A stretch of 62,904 nt of DNA, filler included, from Octopus bimaculoides (Eukaryota), in NCBI RefSeq assembly GCF_001194135.2. It is 7 parts of 6 records of this genome, joined end to end, with 100 filler letters (N's around TTAATTAATTAA, not from the genome) between each part and the next. Parts side by side here need not be neighbours in the genome. Positions count along the whole stretch, not along the records: positions 30,936 to 49,137 come from NC_068990.1; 6 more parts are not named here. One strand, written 5' to 3'. How positions within the stretch are numbered: position 1 is the first letter of the stretch; every line of letters starts with the position of its first letter. The notes beneath the pieces are model-generated. The model worked only from the letters and a program-made list of their open reading frames with translations, made no database searches and was not told the origin of the DNA. Below, one piece after another: positions 36,859 through 49,237 of this stretch. A program made the position numbers and the translations under genes.

Positions 36859-37486
36859 CAGTGTGTGTGTATTTTCATGAGTATACACACACACACACAC
36901 AAACATATTAAACTCAGTTATACACACAGCAGATATACATGAATGAACTTTTCAATACATGAATGATTTTTGTTTATAAATGTGTGTGTGTGTGTGTAGT
37001 GGAGAGTGGGGAGCAAGAGACACTCAGTTGTGTGCTTGTGTGTGACTGTGCATGTGTGTGTATGTGAATGTATATGTATGTATGTAAGAGAAAGACATTG
37101 GTGTGTGCATGTGAGTATGAAAAATTTACATGTTTCTCTGTGTGCGTGTGTGTGAGTGTGTGTTTTTGTCTATTTAACTATTTCATATTTTCCTAAAGTA
37201 GTGTACAGTCAGGTAGAAAGGTGGAGCTAGTTTGCTATAGTGATGTGATTGTGTAACTGAAGTGATGATGGTGGTGGTGGTGGCGGTGCTGGTGGTGATG
37301 ATGGTGTTGATACAACAGATAGCATGCGTGTGATGGTGGGGATATATGAAATGGAAGAGGGGGTGGAAGGTAGGAAAAGAGAAAGGTTATTGCAGGATAA
37401 AGTAATAAAGGAGGAAATCAGGGGAGGTAAGAGGGTGAGGAGAAACTGAGGAACATACAAGGGCAGAGAGAGAGAGAGAGAGAGAG

Positions 37487-37517
<31 letters not shown>

Positions 37518-37660
37518 TAGATAGATAGAGAGAGAGAGAGAGAATTATTTAACCCTATGTGAGCTCTAACCAAACAGATCTTGAATCAAAAGACATTCCA
37601 GCCATGACTTTCTTTTCTTTTCGTTTACATTACCCAGTATATTTATGTGTTTTAAAGATA

Positions 37661-37805
37661 GGCACAGGAGTGGCTGTGTGGTAAGTAGCTTGCTTACCAA
37701 CCACATGGTTCCGGGTTCATTCCCACTGCATGGCACCTTGGGCAAGTGTCTTCTATTATAGCCTCGGGCTGACCAAAGCCTTGTAAGTGGATTTGGTAGA
37801 CAGAA
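37661..37805 (+). mobile_element. SINE family B, 5' half
   Basis: ggcacaggagtggctgtgtggtaagtagc..ggttccgggttcattccc (A- and B-box-like); truncated by a gap. Confidence 0.85.
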
Positions 37806-38190
37806 NNNNNNNNNNNNNNNNNNNNNNNNNNNNNNNNNNNNNNNNNNNNNNNNNNNNNNNNNNNNNNNNNNNNNNNNNNNNNNNNNNNNTGTGTGACTAC
37901 TAAGAGGTGAAAGGTTCATATAGAGAACACCTAATTGTCATGTCAGCAGAGTGGAAAAGTGAAGAATGGATGAATATAGAATAAAAGAGGTTTTTTTTCA
38001 TTATATTCCTTTCCTTAATTTTCAATCTGAATTTTTGAATTACGAGCTTATTGCTGGGGTATCTGTTCTGTATTGAGACATCCATCACTAAATCAGAACA
38101 ATTTAGTCCTAAGGTGCAGGCATGGCTACATGTTACGAAATATTATTTTCTTTGAAACTCAAAGTTCATTTCAAAGAACTCACGTTGCAT

Positions 38191-38584
38191 TCTTTTATTC
38201 CTTTATTTGTTTCAGTCATTTGACTGTGGCCATGCTGGAGCACCACCTTTGTTGAACAAATTAACCCCAGCACTTATTCTTTGTAAGCCTAGTACTTATC
38301 CTATCAATCTCTTTTGCTGAACTGCTAAGTTACAGGGGACATAAGTGCACCAACATCGGTTGTCAAGTGATGGTGTGTGGGGGAGAACAGACACAAATGC
38401 ACACACACACACACATGTATACAGCAGGCTTCTTTCAGTTTCCATCTACCAAATCCACTCACAAGGCTTTGGTCGGCCTGAGGCTACAGTAGAAGACACT
38501 TGCCCAAGGTCCCATGCAGTGGGACTGAACCTGGAACCATGTGGTTGGCAAGCAAGCTACTTACCACACAGCCACTCCTGTGCA
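38191..38584 (-). mobile_element. SINE family B, near full length
   Basis: Reverse complement of 39974-40402 along its length. Confidence 0.9.
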
Positions 38585-38869
38585 TATCCCTAAACAAAGT
38601 GTGTGTGTTTGTTTGTGAGCATTCAAATGTGTACTGAAACTATCTTTAAACCTTTTTTTATTTAACACTATGGTGGCTCTGGCATCTGAACTTAAGCATT
38701 GCTCGCTGATTTCCTTTGTGAATTTTAGAAAGTTAATCTATTAAGTTAGAGTTGTTGACAAAATACATTTGCATGAGAGATGAACCTCCTCCACCTCATT
38801 AAAATTTAATCTCAGAATTTCGAAGAATAGAACAAAACGCAGAAATATATCTAGTCCAGTTTCTAGACT

Positions 38870-39170
38870 GTACCATTGCCACTGCTGATGATACTACCAC
38901 CACCACTGCCATCACTGCTACCACCACCATCCATCTGCCACCACCATCACCACCACCATCAGCACTGCTGCTACCATCACTGCCAATGCCTCTGCTGCTA
39001 CCACCACTACTACTGCCACCATCACCACTGCTCCCACCACCACCACCAATGCCTCTGCTGCCACCACCACCACCACTGCCACCACCACCACTGCCACCAC
39101 CACCACCACCAACACCACCTCCACCACCGTCACCACCACCAACACCATCATCACCGCCACCACCACTCAG
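38870..39170. repeat. (ACC/ACT)n low-complexity tract
   Basis: Read directly; source of the poly-His/Pro/Val ORFs. Confidence 0.9.
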
Positions 39171-39973
39171 TGCTCATCCATGGCAGAACAATATCTCACC
39201 AGTTGTTTCAAGATTGGTAACAGACTATTTTTTACTCACTGAAGAGGATTAATAATGTAGATACATGCCCAGAGTTATCATCTCACTGCTAATGATCAAA
39301 CTCACTTCCAGAGATTTCCATATTTAACTTATGAAATTAATTAAAATGCCAGAGTAAACAAATAAATAATACAATCACATTCACATATAAAGGACAGAAG
39401 TGGGATTCGCCAAGGGGCCTGGGATTTTAACAAGTGTATATATTTACACCCACCCATACACACATGCATACAATTTTGTGAATATTTACTTTCTGAGTGA
39501 CACTGTGTTTGTGTGTGTGTGAGTATGCTTGTGTATGTGTATGCATGTGTGTATATGTATGTGTGTGCATATGTGTGTGCCTGTGTATTAAATGCATATG
39601 TATTATGTATAAATTCCCTGGACAGGGATCCAAGATTCTAGCAGAGATATATCTGTAAATTATACATCTGCACAACGTTGTCAGTTGTGGCAATGTTAGG
39701 GTATAATAAAATCAGTAACCATACACTACCTCCCTTTGACTGTTGATGATAGTACTGTATGTATGTATGTATAATTTATTTATACAACTCTGCTAGGAAC
39801 ATGGATTAATTTCCAGGTGAATATATAAAGGCGACAAAGGTGATTTTCTACTGCCTTCCTATGTGTATTTCTTTTACGTTTTTGTTTTTACAAGATGCCA
39901 TTTTGTTGGAATCTTAGAATTTAAAGAACAGGTAAAAATACTACTAAACATTTTGTGCAAAATTTTAACAATA

Positions 39974-40137
39974 GGCGTAAGATTGGCTGTGTGATAAGTA
40001 GCTTGCTTACGAACCACATGGTTCTGGGTTCAGTCCCACTGCGTGGCACCTTGGTCAAGTGTCTTCTGCTATAGCCTTGGGCCGACCAAAGCCTTGTGAG
40101 TGGATTTAGTAGACAGAAGCCTGTCGTATATATGTGG

Positions 40138-40203
<66 letters not shown>

Positions 40204-40402
40204 TTGTGTGTCTGTGTTTGTCCCCCAAACATCGCTTGACAACTGATAGTGGTGTTTGCGTCCCTGTAACTTGGCAGTTCAGCAAAAGAGACCGATAAAA
40301 TAAGTACTAGGTTTACAAAGAATAAGTCCTGGGGTTGATTTGCTCAACTAAAGGCGACGCTCCAGCATGGCCACAGTCAAATGACTGAAACAAGTAAAAG
40401 GG
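39974..40402 (+). mobile_element. SINE family B, full length, with internal (TG)n
   Basis: A-box-like tggctgtgtga, B-box-like ggttcagtccc, central microsatellite, tail ccagcatggccacagtcaaatgactgaaacaagtaaaag. Confidence 0.9.
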
Positions 40403-40605
40403 TAACTCATTCAGTCTTGGAATGGCATTTTATTTCTATGATCCTGAAAGGATGAAAAAAATGTTAATTTTGGTGGAAGCTGAACTCAAAATGTAAAGAG
40501 CTGGAAGAAATACCACAAGGTATTTTGTTTGGTGTTCTAATGCTTTTGCCAATTCTCCATCTATGTGTGCATGTGCATATGTTGAATATGTGTGTGTGTG
40601 TGTAT

Positions 40606-40646
<41 letters not shown>

Positions 40647-40675
40647 TACATATATATACATATATNNNNNNNNNN

Positions 40676-41035
40676 CAACGACGTGGGTTCCAGTTGATCT
40701 GAGCAACGGAACAGCCTGCTCGTGAAATTAACGTGCAAGTGGCTGAGCACTCCACAGACACATGTACCCTTAACGTAGTTCTCAGGGAGATTCAGCGTGA
40801 CACAGTGTGACAAGGCTGGCCCTTTGAAATACAGGTACAACTGAAACAGGAAGAAAGAGTGAGAAAAAGCTGTGGTGAAAGAGTACAGCAGGGTTTGCCA
40901 TCACCCCCTGCCGGAGCCTCTTGGAGCTTTAGGTGTTTTCGCTCAATAAACATTCACAACGCCTGGTCTGGGAATCGAAACTGCAATCCTACAACCGTGA
41001 GTCCGCTGCCCTAACCACTGGGCCATTGCGCCACC
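40676..41035 (-). mobile_element. SINE family C with a clear tRNA-like head
   Basis: Minus 41035-40961 GGTGGCGCAATGGCCCAGTGGTTAGGGCAGCGGACTCACGG..GTTTCGATTCCC has A and B boxes; the body is shared with 655-850. Confidence 0.85.
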
Positions 41036-41157
41036 ACACACACACACACACACATATGTATATATGAATATACACCAATATACTTTTATGCATACTGATA
41101 CATAATCACTTACATTCCTAAACATACACACATGCATGCATGCAAAATCACACACAG

Positions 41158-41189
<32 letters not shown>

Positions 41190-41219
41190 ACATTCTCTCT
41201 GTCTCTCACTTTCTCTCTT

Positions 41220-41252
<33 letters not shown>

Positions 41253-41464
41253 TTTTCTCTCTCTCTCTTTCTCTCTCTTTTTCTCTTTCTCTCTTTTTCT
41301 CTCTCTCTCTTTTCTCTCTCACTCTCTCACATTCTCTTTGTCTCTCACTTTCTCACTTTCCTTTCTCTCTCTCTCTCTCTCTTTCTCTCTCTCACTCTCT
41401 TTTTCTCTCTCTCTCTTTTTCTCTCTCTCTTTTTCTCTTTCTCTCTTTTCTCTCTCTCTCTCTT

Positions 41465-41498
<34 letters not shown>

Positions 41499-41530
41499 TA
41501 TCTCTTTTTCTCTTTCTCTCTCTCTCTCTC
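41158..41530. repeat. CT-rich polypyrimidine/polypurine tract
   Basis: ~370 bp almost entirely C/T on the plus strand. Confidence 0.95.
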
Positions 41531-41856
41531 ACCCACACTCATACACACAGTTGAATGATCTCTTTTAATCCCTCTTGAAGTTATCTCAATAAAATTGAAG
41601 AATTCTCTCACATGAAAAGATAAAGCTAACCGAAAGTGGCTTTGAAGGGCAATGGCAGCAGAAGTTACTAAATATAAACTATTGATGTAGATTGGTGCAA
41701 CAAAAGTATGAATTCCATCAGTTTAAGAAGAAATAAATACAAATGCACTTGTACACTTACACTGCATATGAATGACTTTCCGATCAAAAGAAAGTAATTT
41801 ATAAGTGTGTGTGTATGTATGTATGTAGGTGTGTGTGATGTACATATGTATGTACA

Positions 41857-41888
<32 letters not shown>

Positions 41889-41915
41889 AAATATATAACA
41901 TAGTCTGTATGTATG

Positions 41916-41955
<40 letters not shown>

Positions 41956-41964
41956 GATACAGGC

Positions 41965-42050
<86 letters not shown>

Positions 42051-42250
42051 ATAGATATAGATATTTAGATATATATATATATTTAGATACACATGTATAT
42101 ATATATATATTTACACAGGCATACATATGTGTATATATATATATATATGCATGTGTGTACACACACATTAATATTGAACAATAAGAATGAGTGCTCAACA
42201 CCACATTGGTGGATGAAAATTCTTTAGTATGAGTTAAGGCTACTATTGGA

Positions 42251-42480
42251 TTAACCTGTTCAATACCAACCTGTCTGAAACCGCTTCTGGCTCTGTAGTA
42301 CAAACGTCTTGTTTCCATAAATTTTGAATTAAAATTTTCCACCAAACCTTAGTCACAATCTATGTTCTTAACACCAGCTGAATGATAACTAAGTTATTTT
42401 ACTAAATTCTTTGTTATATTTAAAATTAATTGAAAGAAACACAGAGCATCTCAAAATAAATATGGTAATGAAAGGGTTAA
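42251..42480. mobile_element. TTAA-flanked (piggyBac-type) MITE
   Basis: TTAA-cctgttcaatacc ... ggtaatgaaaggg-TTAA; 13-bp imperfect TIR related to 48851-48867. Confidence 0.75.
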
Positions 42481-42600
42481 AATAATCCAAGATGGAAATG
42501 GACATCAATGTTCCATGTGGCAGGTTTGATAATTCTTAAAGGATTTCTCTCTTTACATGAAACCAATGGTAGCCGTAACCCATGAATAAAATTATATCTT

Positions 42601-42930
42601 TTATCTTTTACAGATTTCGATCATTTTGACTGTGGCCAAGATGGGCATCACCTTGAAGGGTTTTTAGTTGAACAGATCGACCCCAGGATTTATTTTTTTT
42701 TAAGCCTGGTACTTATTTGTAATGGTCTCTTTTGCTGAACCACTAAGTTACGCTAACGTAAACACACAAGCACTTGTTGTCAAGCAGTGCTGGTGGGCAA
42801 ACACAAACACACATGCATACATACATACATACACGATGGGTTTCTTTAAGTTTCCATCTACCAAATACACTCATGTTGGTCAGCCCAATTCTAAAGTAGA
42901 AAACACTTGCAGTGGGACTGAACCTGGGAG
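42601..42930 (-). mobile_element. SINE family B, deleted copy
   Basis: gatcgaccccagg..gctgaaccactaagttacg..tttccatctaccaaa..gcagtgggactgaacc. Confidence 0.75.
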
Positions 42931-42958
42931 GGATAATGTGGTTGAGACAAACACAAAA

Positions 42959-43042
<84 letters not shown>

Positions 43043-43486
43043 NNNNNNNNNNNNNNNNNNNNNNNNNNNNNNNNNNNNNNNNNNNNNNNNNNNNNNNNNN
43101 NNNNNNNNNNNNNNNNNNNNNNNNNNNNNNNNNNNNNNNNNNNNNNNNNNNNNNNNNNNNNNNNNNNNNNNNNNNNNNNNNNNNNNNNNNNNNNNNNNNN
43201 NNNNNNNNNNNNNNNNNNNNNNNNNNNNNNNNNNNNNNNNNNNNNNNNNNNNNNNNNNNNNNNNNNNNNNNNNNNNNNNNNNNNNNNNNNNNNNNNNNNN
43301 NNNNNNNNNNNNNNNNNNNNNNNNNNNNNNNNNNNNNNNNNNNNNNNNNNNNNNNNNNNNNNNNNNNNNNNNNNNNNNNNNNNNNNNNNNNNNNNNNNNN
43401 NNNNNNNNNNNNNNNNNNNNNNNNNNNNNNNNNNNNNNNNNNNNNNNNNNNNNNNNNNNNNNNNNNNNNNNNNNNNNNNNNNNNNA

Positions 43487-43530
<44 letters not shown>

Positions 43531-44204
43531 TAAATACTCACACACTCACGTATGCATATGCACACACACACACACACACACACACATTCATAAACACACT
43601 CATACATACACACATACACACTCATACACACACATACACCTAAATATTTGCCTTGTGTGTGTGTGTGTGTGTGTGAATTAGCTCTTCTGTGCTATGAGAA
43701 GATCATGGTGAACCATACCCCATATTCAGGCCATCAAAGAAATAGAGGACAGATTGAGCTAAAAATTAGCAACCTTTATCATGAAGCATACTATAAAAGC
43801 TATTGGTCAGTCTACCTGTCTATTGCTTTGAATGTCTATCAATCGGACACTGTGTCAGTCTGTGTGTCTTGTCTGTCAGTCGGTCTGTTTGTTCTCTCCA
43901 TCTGTCAGGTGTATGTCTGTCTGTTGGTCTTTCTATCAATCTGTCTGGACATGCATGTAGCATGTCATCTGTGTAAATATCAGTCACTGTTGTGCAGTGA
44001 AGTTGACTGACTGACCTATTCGAGCCATGTGCCAGCACCAAAAATGCTATTGATGCATTATGTATGTATTTGTGAATACACACTCTCAGTTGTGTATTTA
44101 TATGAATGCATTCAAGCAGTTATGGATATATGAACATTTTGCCTTTCTTTCTCACACACAACAAAACAATAAAACACTCACCAAGACACACACACACACA
44201 CGCG

Positions 44205-44254
<50 letters not shown>

Positions 44255-45072
44255 TATTCACAGTGTAAATAGAAAACTTGTTAAGCATTGAGTGAAGAAG
44301 ACATTTGTTATGTTGTTGACAGATGCTGAAAGTGAGCATAGAATGTATTTTTAGATGGACTGCACGCATACACACACACTCACACACACACATGCACACA
44401 CTCTTTTGTTCTCATGCACACTCTCACATACGCACAGAAAGTGTGTATATAGTCACTCACATGCACAGAGAGGCACAGAAATGGACACATTCTGTCAATT
44501 ACAAAGAGACATTATACACACTTGTGTAGGAACACCAGTTGACAAATTTAAATTTAGCAAATCCATTAGCATGAAACTCTTGCAAAACAAAGAACAGATC
44601 AAACAAGACCCATTAATGCCAATCCCCTCATAGGCAGCCATCATTTCAGTAAAATCCATCACTTCCAAGCTTTTCAAAGAAACCACTCGTGCATTCAGCA
44701 AGAACCATCTTGTCTACTGAATAAAGTGAACAACATTTCATTAAATATAATATAGTTAAAAGCTAAAAAGCCTTTTTGACTACTTTGTCAGAAAACAACA
44801 CCTTCAGAGACCATTCTCCACATCCACCTTTACAGTCAGACATTCTTACCTGTCTCGTTAAGTCTCGTTAGCCAACACATTTCCATTAGGCAAAGTAAAC
44901 AGAAAGTAAGATCTTACCAAGTTGTTTGTGAGTTAAGGTCACAGCTGTTAACAAGTCACCACTCTGAAGTTCACATGCATTCCACTCAACCTTACATGCA
45001 TGCCACTCATGTTTACATAAACTCCCCTCAAGTCAGCATACTCTCCTCAAGTCGACATACACACCACTCACA

Positions 45073-45109
<37 letters not shown>

Positions 45110-45190
45110 ACTCCCCTTCCACACAAATATCAGCTCATATTCATACATGTGTGTCAGTAATATGCATGTTTAAATATATATCTTCATGTA

Positions 45191-45420
45191 GAGGCACGTG
45201 GCTTAGTGGTTAGGGTGTTGGGCTCATGATCATAAGATTCTGGTTTTGATACCTGGACCAGGTGACGCATTGTGTTCTTGAGCAAAACACTTCATTTCAC
45301 ATTGCTCCACTCCACTCAGCTGGCAAAAATATGTAATCCTGTAACAAACCAGTGACCTGTACAGGTGGGGAATTTATATGCCATGAAAACCAGGAAGCTG
45401 ACATGACTCGAGACAGTAAC
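45191..45420 (+). mobile_element. tRNA-type SINE (head related to family C)
   Basis: gaggcacgtggcttagtggttagggtgttgg (A box)..ggttttgatacc..cttgagcaaaacacttcatttcacattgctcca. Confidence 0.7.
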
Positions 45421-46369
45421 TTTACTTTACCTTACATATCTTCCTGCCCCATGTTCTTACTACTTTCTCTCCTCCCGCTCTAGGTTATCTTCTTCAGTTG
45501 ACTTCTCTGCAGCCTGCTCGATTGATCATGTTACTCTGAATAGAACATACAGAACATACCCATTTGTGCCGTTGTCATGATACAATGCACCTGGTACACT
45601 CTGTAAAGTGGTTAGTGAATGGGCAGAGACTATGTAGGCTGAGAAGCTCTTTTAGTCCTGACTTGTCAAGAATATGGCATCTCAAGCATCAGCACCATGA
45701 TAAAATGCACTTAGTACATGCTGTAAAGTGTTTGGTATGAGGAAGAGCACCCAGCTGTAGAAACCAAGCCAAGATAAAGCATATGAGCAAGATGCAGTCC
45801 TTCAATCCTTCTAGGGGGATAGTAACTCCAAATAAGAAACGAATTCAACCATCACAACCTGTTGTACCCATGCAATTTGGAAAGCAATTTCAAAGATGAG
45901 TTTTCAACTGTCATGTGTATCATTAATATAATACTCAGACAGAATCAGTATACCACACTGTGTGTCAGGGCTGAGCTTTGACTTAATGCTACAACTCAGA
46001 AATTTTGAAAGAAGCTTCTATAAAACTAGTTTTTAAACATTGAATGCCTGTGGAAGTCCACCAGATTAAAGTAGTAATCAAAGGAGTTTATAGATAAAAA
46101 AATGATTGAGAACCCCTGGTATAGAGGATCCTTTATTTTTATCAAAAACATGACAAAATCCCTTGTTTTCCTGTCATGTAAAATACACTCAGTACATTTC
46201 ATAAAGGAGTTGATGTTAGGAATGTAAGAAAGACATTCAAGTGTAGATATCAAGTCAAAAAATGAAACTTATTTGTGGGATGTAGTTGTCTGACCCATTT
46301 AGGAATGCAAGAAGTACTCACATAACTCATGCCAACATAGAAAACAGATGGAAAATGGTGATGGTTTCA

Positions 46370-46785
46370 GGACCCTGGAAGACATAGGATGAAGTATTGA
46401 AGGCTGATTTCAAAGTCCTGAGCCTTATAAAGGAGATAACTGAGGACTAAGATATGGGGTACATTACTGTACTGAAGAAGACCTGCCCACCACAACAAAA
46501 TTGGTATCTTATAACCGAGGTGCCACATAAAAAGCATTGGTGTGGCTGTTGGTGCCACATAAAAAAAAACATTTGTGTTGGTGTTGGTGCCATGTAAAAA
46601 GCACCCAGTACACTCTGTAAAGTGGTTGGTATTAGCAAGGCCATCCAGCTGTAGAAACCAAGCCAAAACTGACTATGGAACCTGATGTGGTCCCTGGCCT
46701 TGCCAGTTCCTGTCAAACTGTTAAACCAATACCAGCATGGAAAACAGATGTTGAATGTCGATGATGATGATGATGATGATGATCT
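46370..46785 (+). mobile_element. RTE LINE 3' end (ORF terminus, 3' UTR, (GAT)n tail)
   Basis: KT*DEVLKADFKVLSL resembles KTWAEVVRQDLRTLGL at 54310; three ggtgccac.taaaaa motifs; accagcatggaaaacagatgttg..gatgatgat. Confidence 0.7.
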
Positions 46786-47255
46786 CTCTCTCTCTCTCAA
46801 ACACACACTCATACATAGTGTGTATCTAAACGCACATAATAATTGATTGACAATTATTTCATTGCTCCAGGAATCATAGCATAGCATTCACAATAGTGTG
46901 ATTTGAAATGTACTTAATACATACAGTAGAATTTTTACTCATTAATTCAAAGCCGAAGTTTCTTTCTGTCCCTGCTCTGAGTGTTTCTGTTTGACCTTTT
47001 CCACAGAAATTCAAAGAATATGAAGGAAAGGAAATCGACTATCAACATAAAATGAAATCCCTAGGTCACTGTGTCATATAATGCATCTCAACTGTATTTA
47101 TTGTTTCCTACTCTAAATAACATCACAATAATTGCTTAATGGCTGTGAGCCAATTCGAACCACCTGCACCTACTTTGTTAAATCTTTCTAAGAACAAAGA
47201 CAAGATTAAGACAGTTGTTTAGAAATGGCCTCTTGCAACATTAACAATATTTTGC

Positions 47256-47512
47256 ATAATAGCGTCTTACCCTTCAATTACATTTACGTTAACATTAAGG
47301 CTTCTTACAGTAATTATAGCTTCTCACCCTTAGTTACACTTACTTTAGACTTCTTACAGAAATAATAATAACTTGTCATCCTTCAACTACACTTACATTA
47401 GGCTTCTCATAATAATAATAGCTTCTCACCCTTCAAGTACACTTACTCGAGGCTTCTTACAACAATAATAGCTTTCTACCCTTCAAATACACTTACTTTA
47501 AGCTTCTTACAG
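47256..47512. repeat. ~50-bp minisatellite x5
   Basis: Unit approx. aataatagcttctcacccttcaactacacttacattaggcttcttacag, diverged copies. Confidence 0.85.
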
Positions 47513-48850
47513 TGTGTGCTTTTAATAAAATCACAAGAAGAAACTTTTGTTGGAGATTTCTGCTGTTTATCATCAATTAATTTCAGTTTGATAATTTCCT
47601 CCATCAAACTACTTTTGTCTATTTATCATTTCCAGACAGGCTTGTTCATTATGTTTCTCTTATATATTACCCCATTAATACTTTCCATATTGCAAAGTCT
47701 TTCATGCAAGGCTTTTATTGTTAACAAGACATTTTACAATCTTATTTATCAAATCTATTCTACTTAATTCACTTTCATTCCCTCCTGACATATTTCCTTT
47801 CACATTCATTCATAAACTTGTCCATGTACATGCGTGTGCACACACACACACAGGCACATGCACACTCACATACCAACACATATGCACACACATGCATAAG
47901 TACACACACACACACATATAGACACAGACAAACAGATATACATACAGCTCTCTCTCTCTCTTCCCCTCTTTCTCCCCCTCACTTCATTATAGTGTTGTCA
48001 TTCCTTTTATGCTGCAATTCCTCATTATTTACCTGTCTTCATTAATGAATTAATATATTGTCATATCTTCCTTCCTCTATCTTCCCCTCTCTCATTCATT
48101 GCATTCTGTTGTAATTTCTTATCTTCTTCTTTACCTCCTTCTCTCTCCCCAACTTCCCCCATCTCCATCTCTCTTTATCCTTGTCCTCTCTCTCAATACT
48201 CTATTCTTTCTGTCACCCTTTCTCTCCTATCTCAAACTTTTTACCCAAGACCAAATAATTTATGGATGATTTCTTAATGTCCATAGTTTCCTTTTCCCCA
48301 AAAGATTATCCAAATTACAAGAACAAAACAACAAAATAAATTCACAAAAACCACCACAAAACAATAGAAGAGACAACACCAGATGATGTGTGTATGGGGT
48401 GTTGTTAGCCTGTTCTTACCATTTTCTCCTAATATATCATGCTGAAGACATGGTTTCCTAGAAAATATGACAGTGATGCTATTTTCTGGAAACTTTGAAG
48501 ATTTTGTTGATGATTGCTATTTCGATTGCTCAAAGTATTAACTTAGTTTATCTTTTAATGGTTTTACTAAAGCAGACAGTAATGTACCGACATATTACAT
48601 ATTGCTGTGTAGTAGGTGTGCCAAATGAGAGATAGGAAATACATTTGGAGATGGGTGGAAGATAAAACATTTTATAATATTAATACTTGTAAGTGCCTTC
48701 AAGAGCCTCAAGGGTTCTGGAAGCTACTTTGCATAATTCTCTCCCATTTTGATAGGGTAGGAGACAAAAGCATAAATTTTTTCATATCTAACTATTCTTG
48801 ATATCTAGTTTAATTGAAGCTACATAGAAATGTGTCTCCTGCTTAAGTAG

Positions 48851-49137
48851 TTAACCCTTTCGTTACCAAACCGCCCAAAGCCGCCCGAAAAAAATTTTGG
48901 TTCATGTGACCAAGCCGCCCAAAACCGCCCGTAATCACCTATTCATATTTAAATGAGAATATCTGAGCAAATCTCGTTAGTACATTCGTGAAAACACGTG
49001 ATTATTTGTGTAAACAGTTCAGCTATAGTTTTGTACGACGATCAACGTGTTTTTTTAATTTTGTGAATTTTGGGAGATTTTTTTCCAAATTTGTTCCTGT
49101 TGTTTTCAAAATTTGTAATCCTGACAAAAAAATGGAT
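48851..49137 (+). mobile_element. One end of a TTAA-type (piggyBac-like) element
   Basis: TTAA-CCCTTTCGTTACC followed by two ccgcccaaa.ccgccc subterminal repeats; cut by a linker. Confidence 0.65.
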
Positions 49138-49237
49138 NNNNNNNNNNNNNNNNNNNNNNNNNNNNNNNNNNNNNNNNNNNNTTAATTAATTAANNNNNNN
49201 NNNNNNNNNNNNNNNNNNNNNNNNNNNNNNNNNNNNN
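49138..49237. other. Artificial join: 44N-TTAATTAATTAA-44N
   Basis: 12-mer at 49182-49193. Confidence 0.95.

Noticed and set aside
40961-41035. tRNA gene
   Set aside because: A and B boxes are present, but the acceptor and anticodon stems are imperfect and it continues into a dispersed repeat body, so it is a SINE head.
44495-45010. Minus-strand candidate exons with gtaag donors near 44848 and 44918
   Set aside because: Several frames are similarly plausible, acceptors are weak, and there is no recognisable homology.
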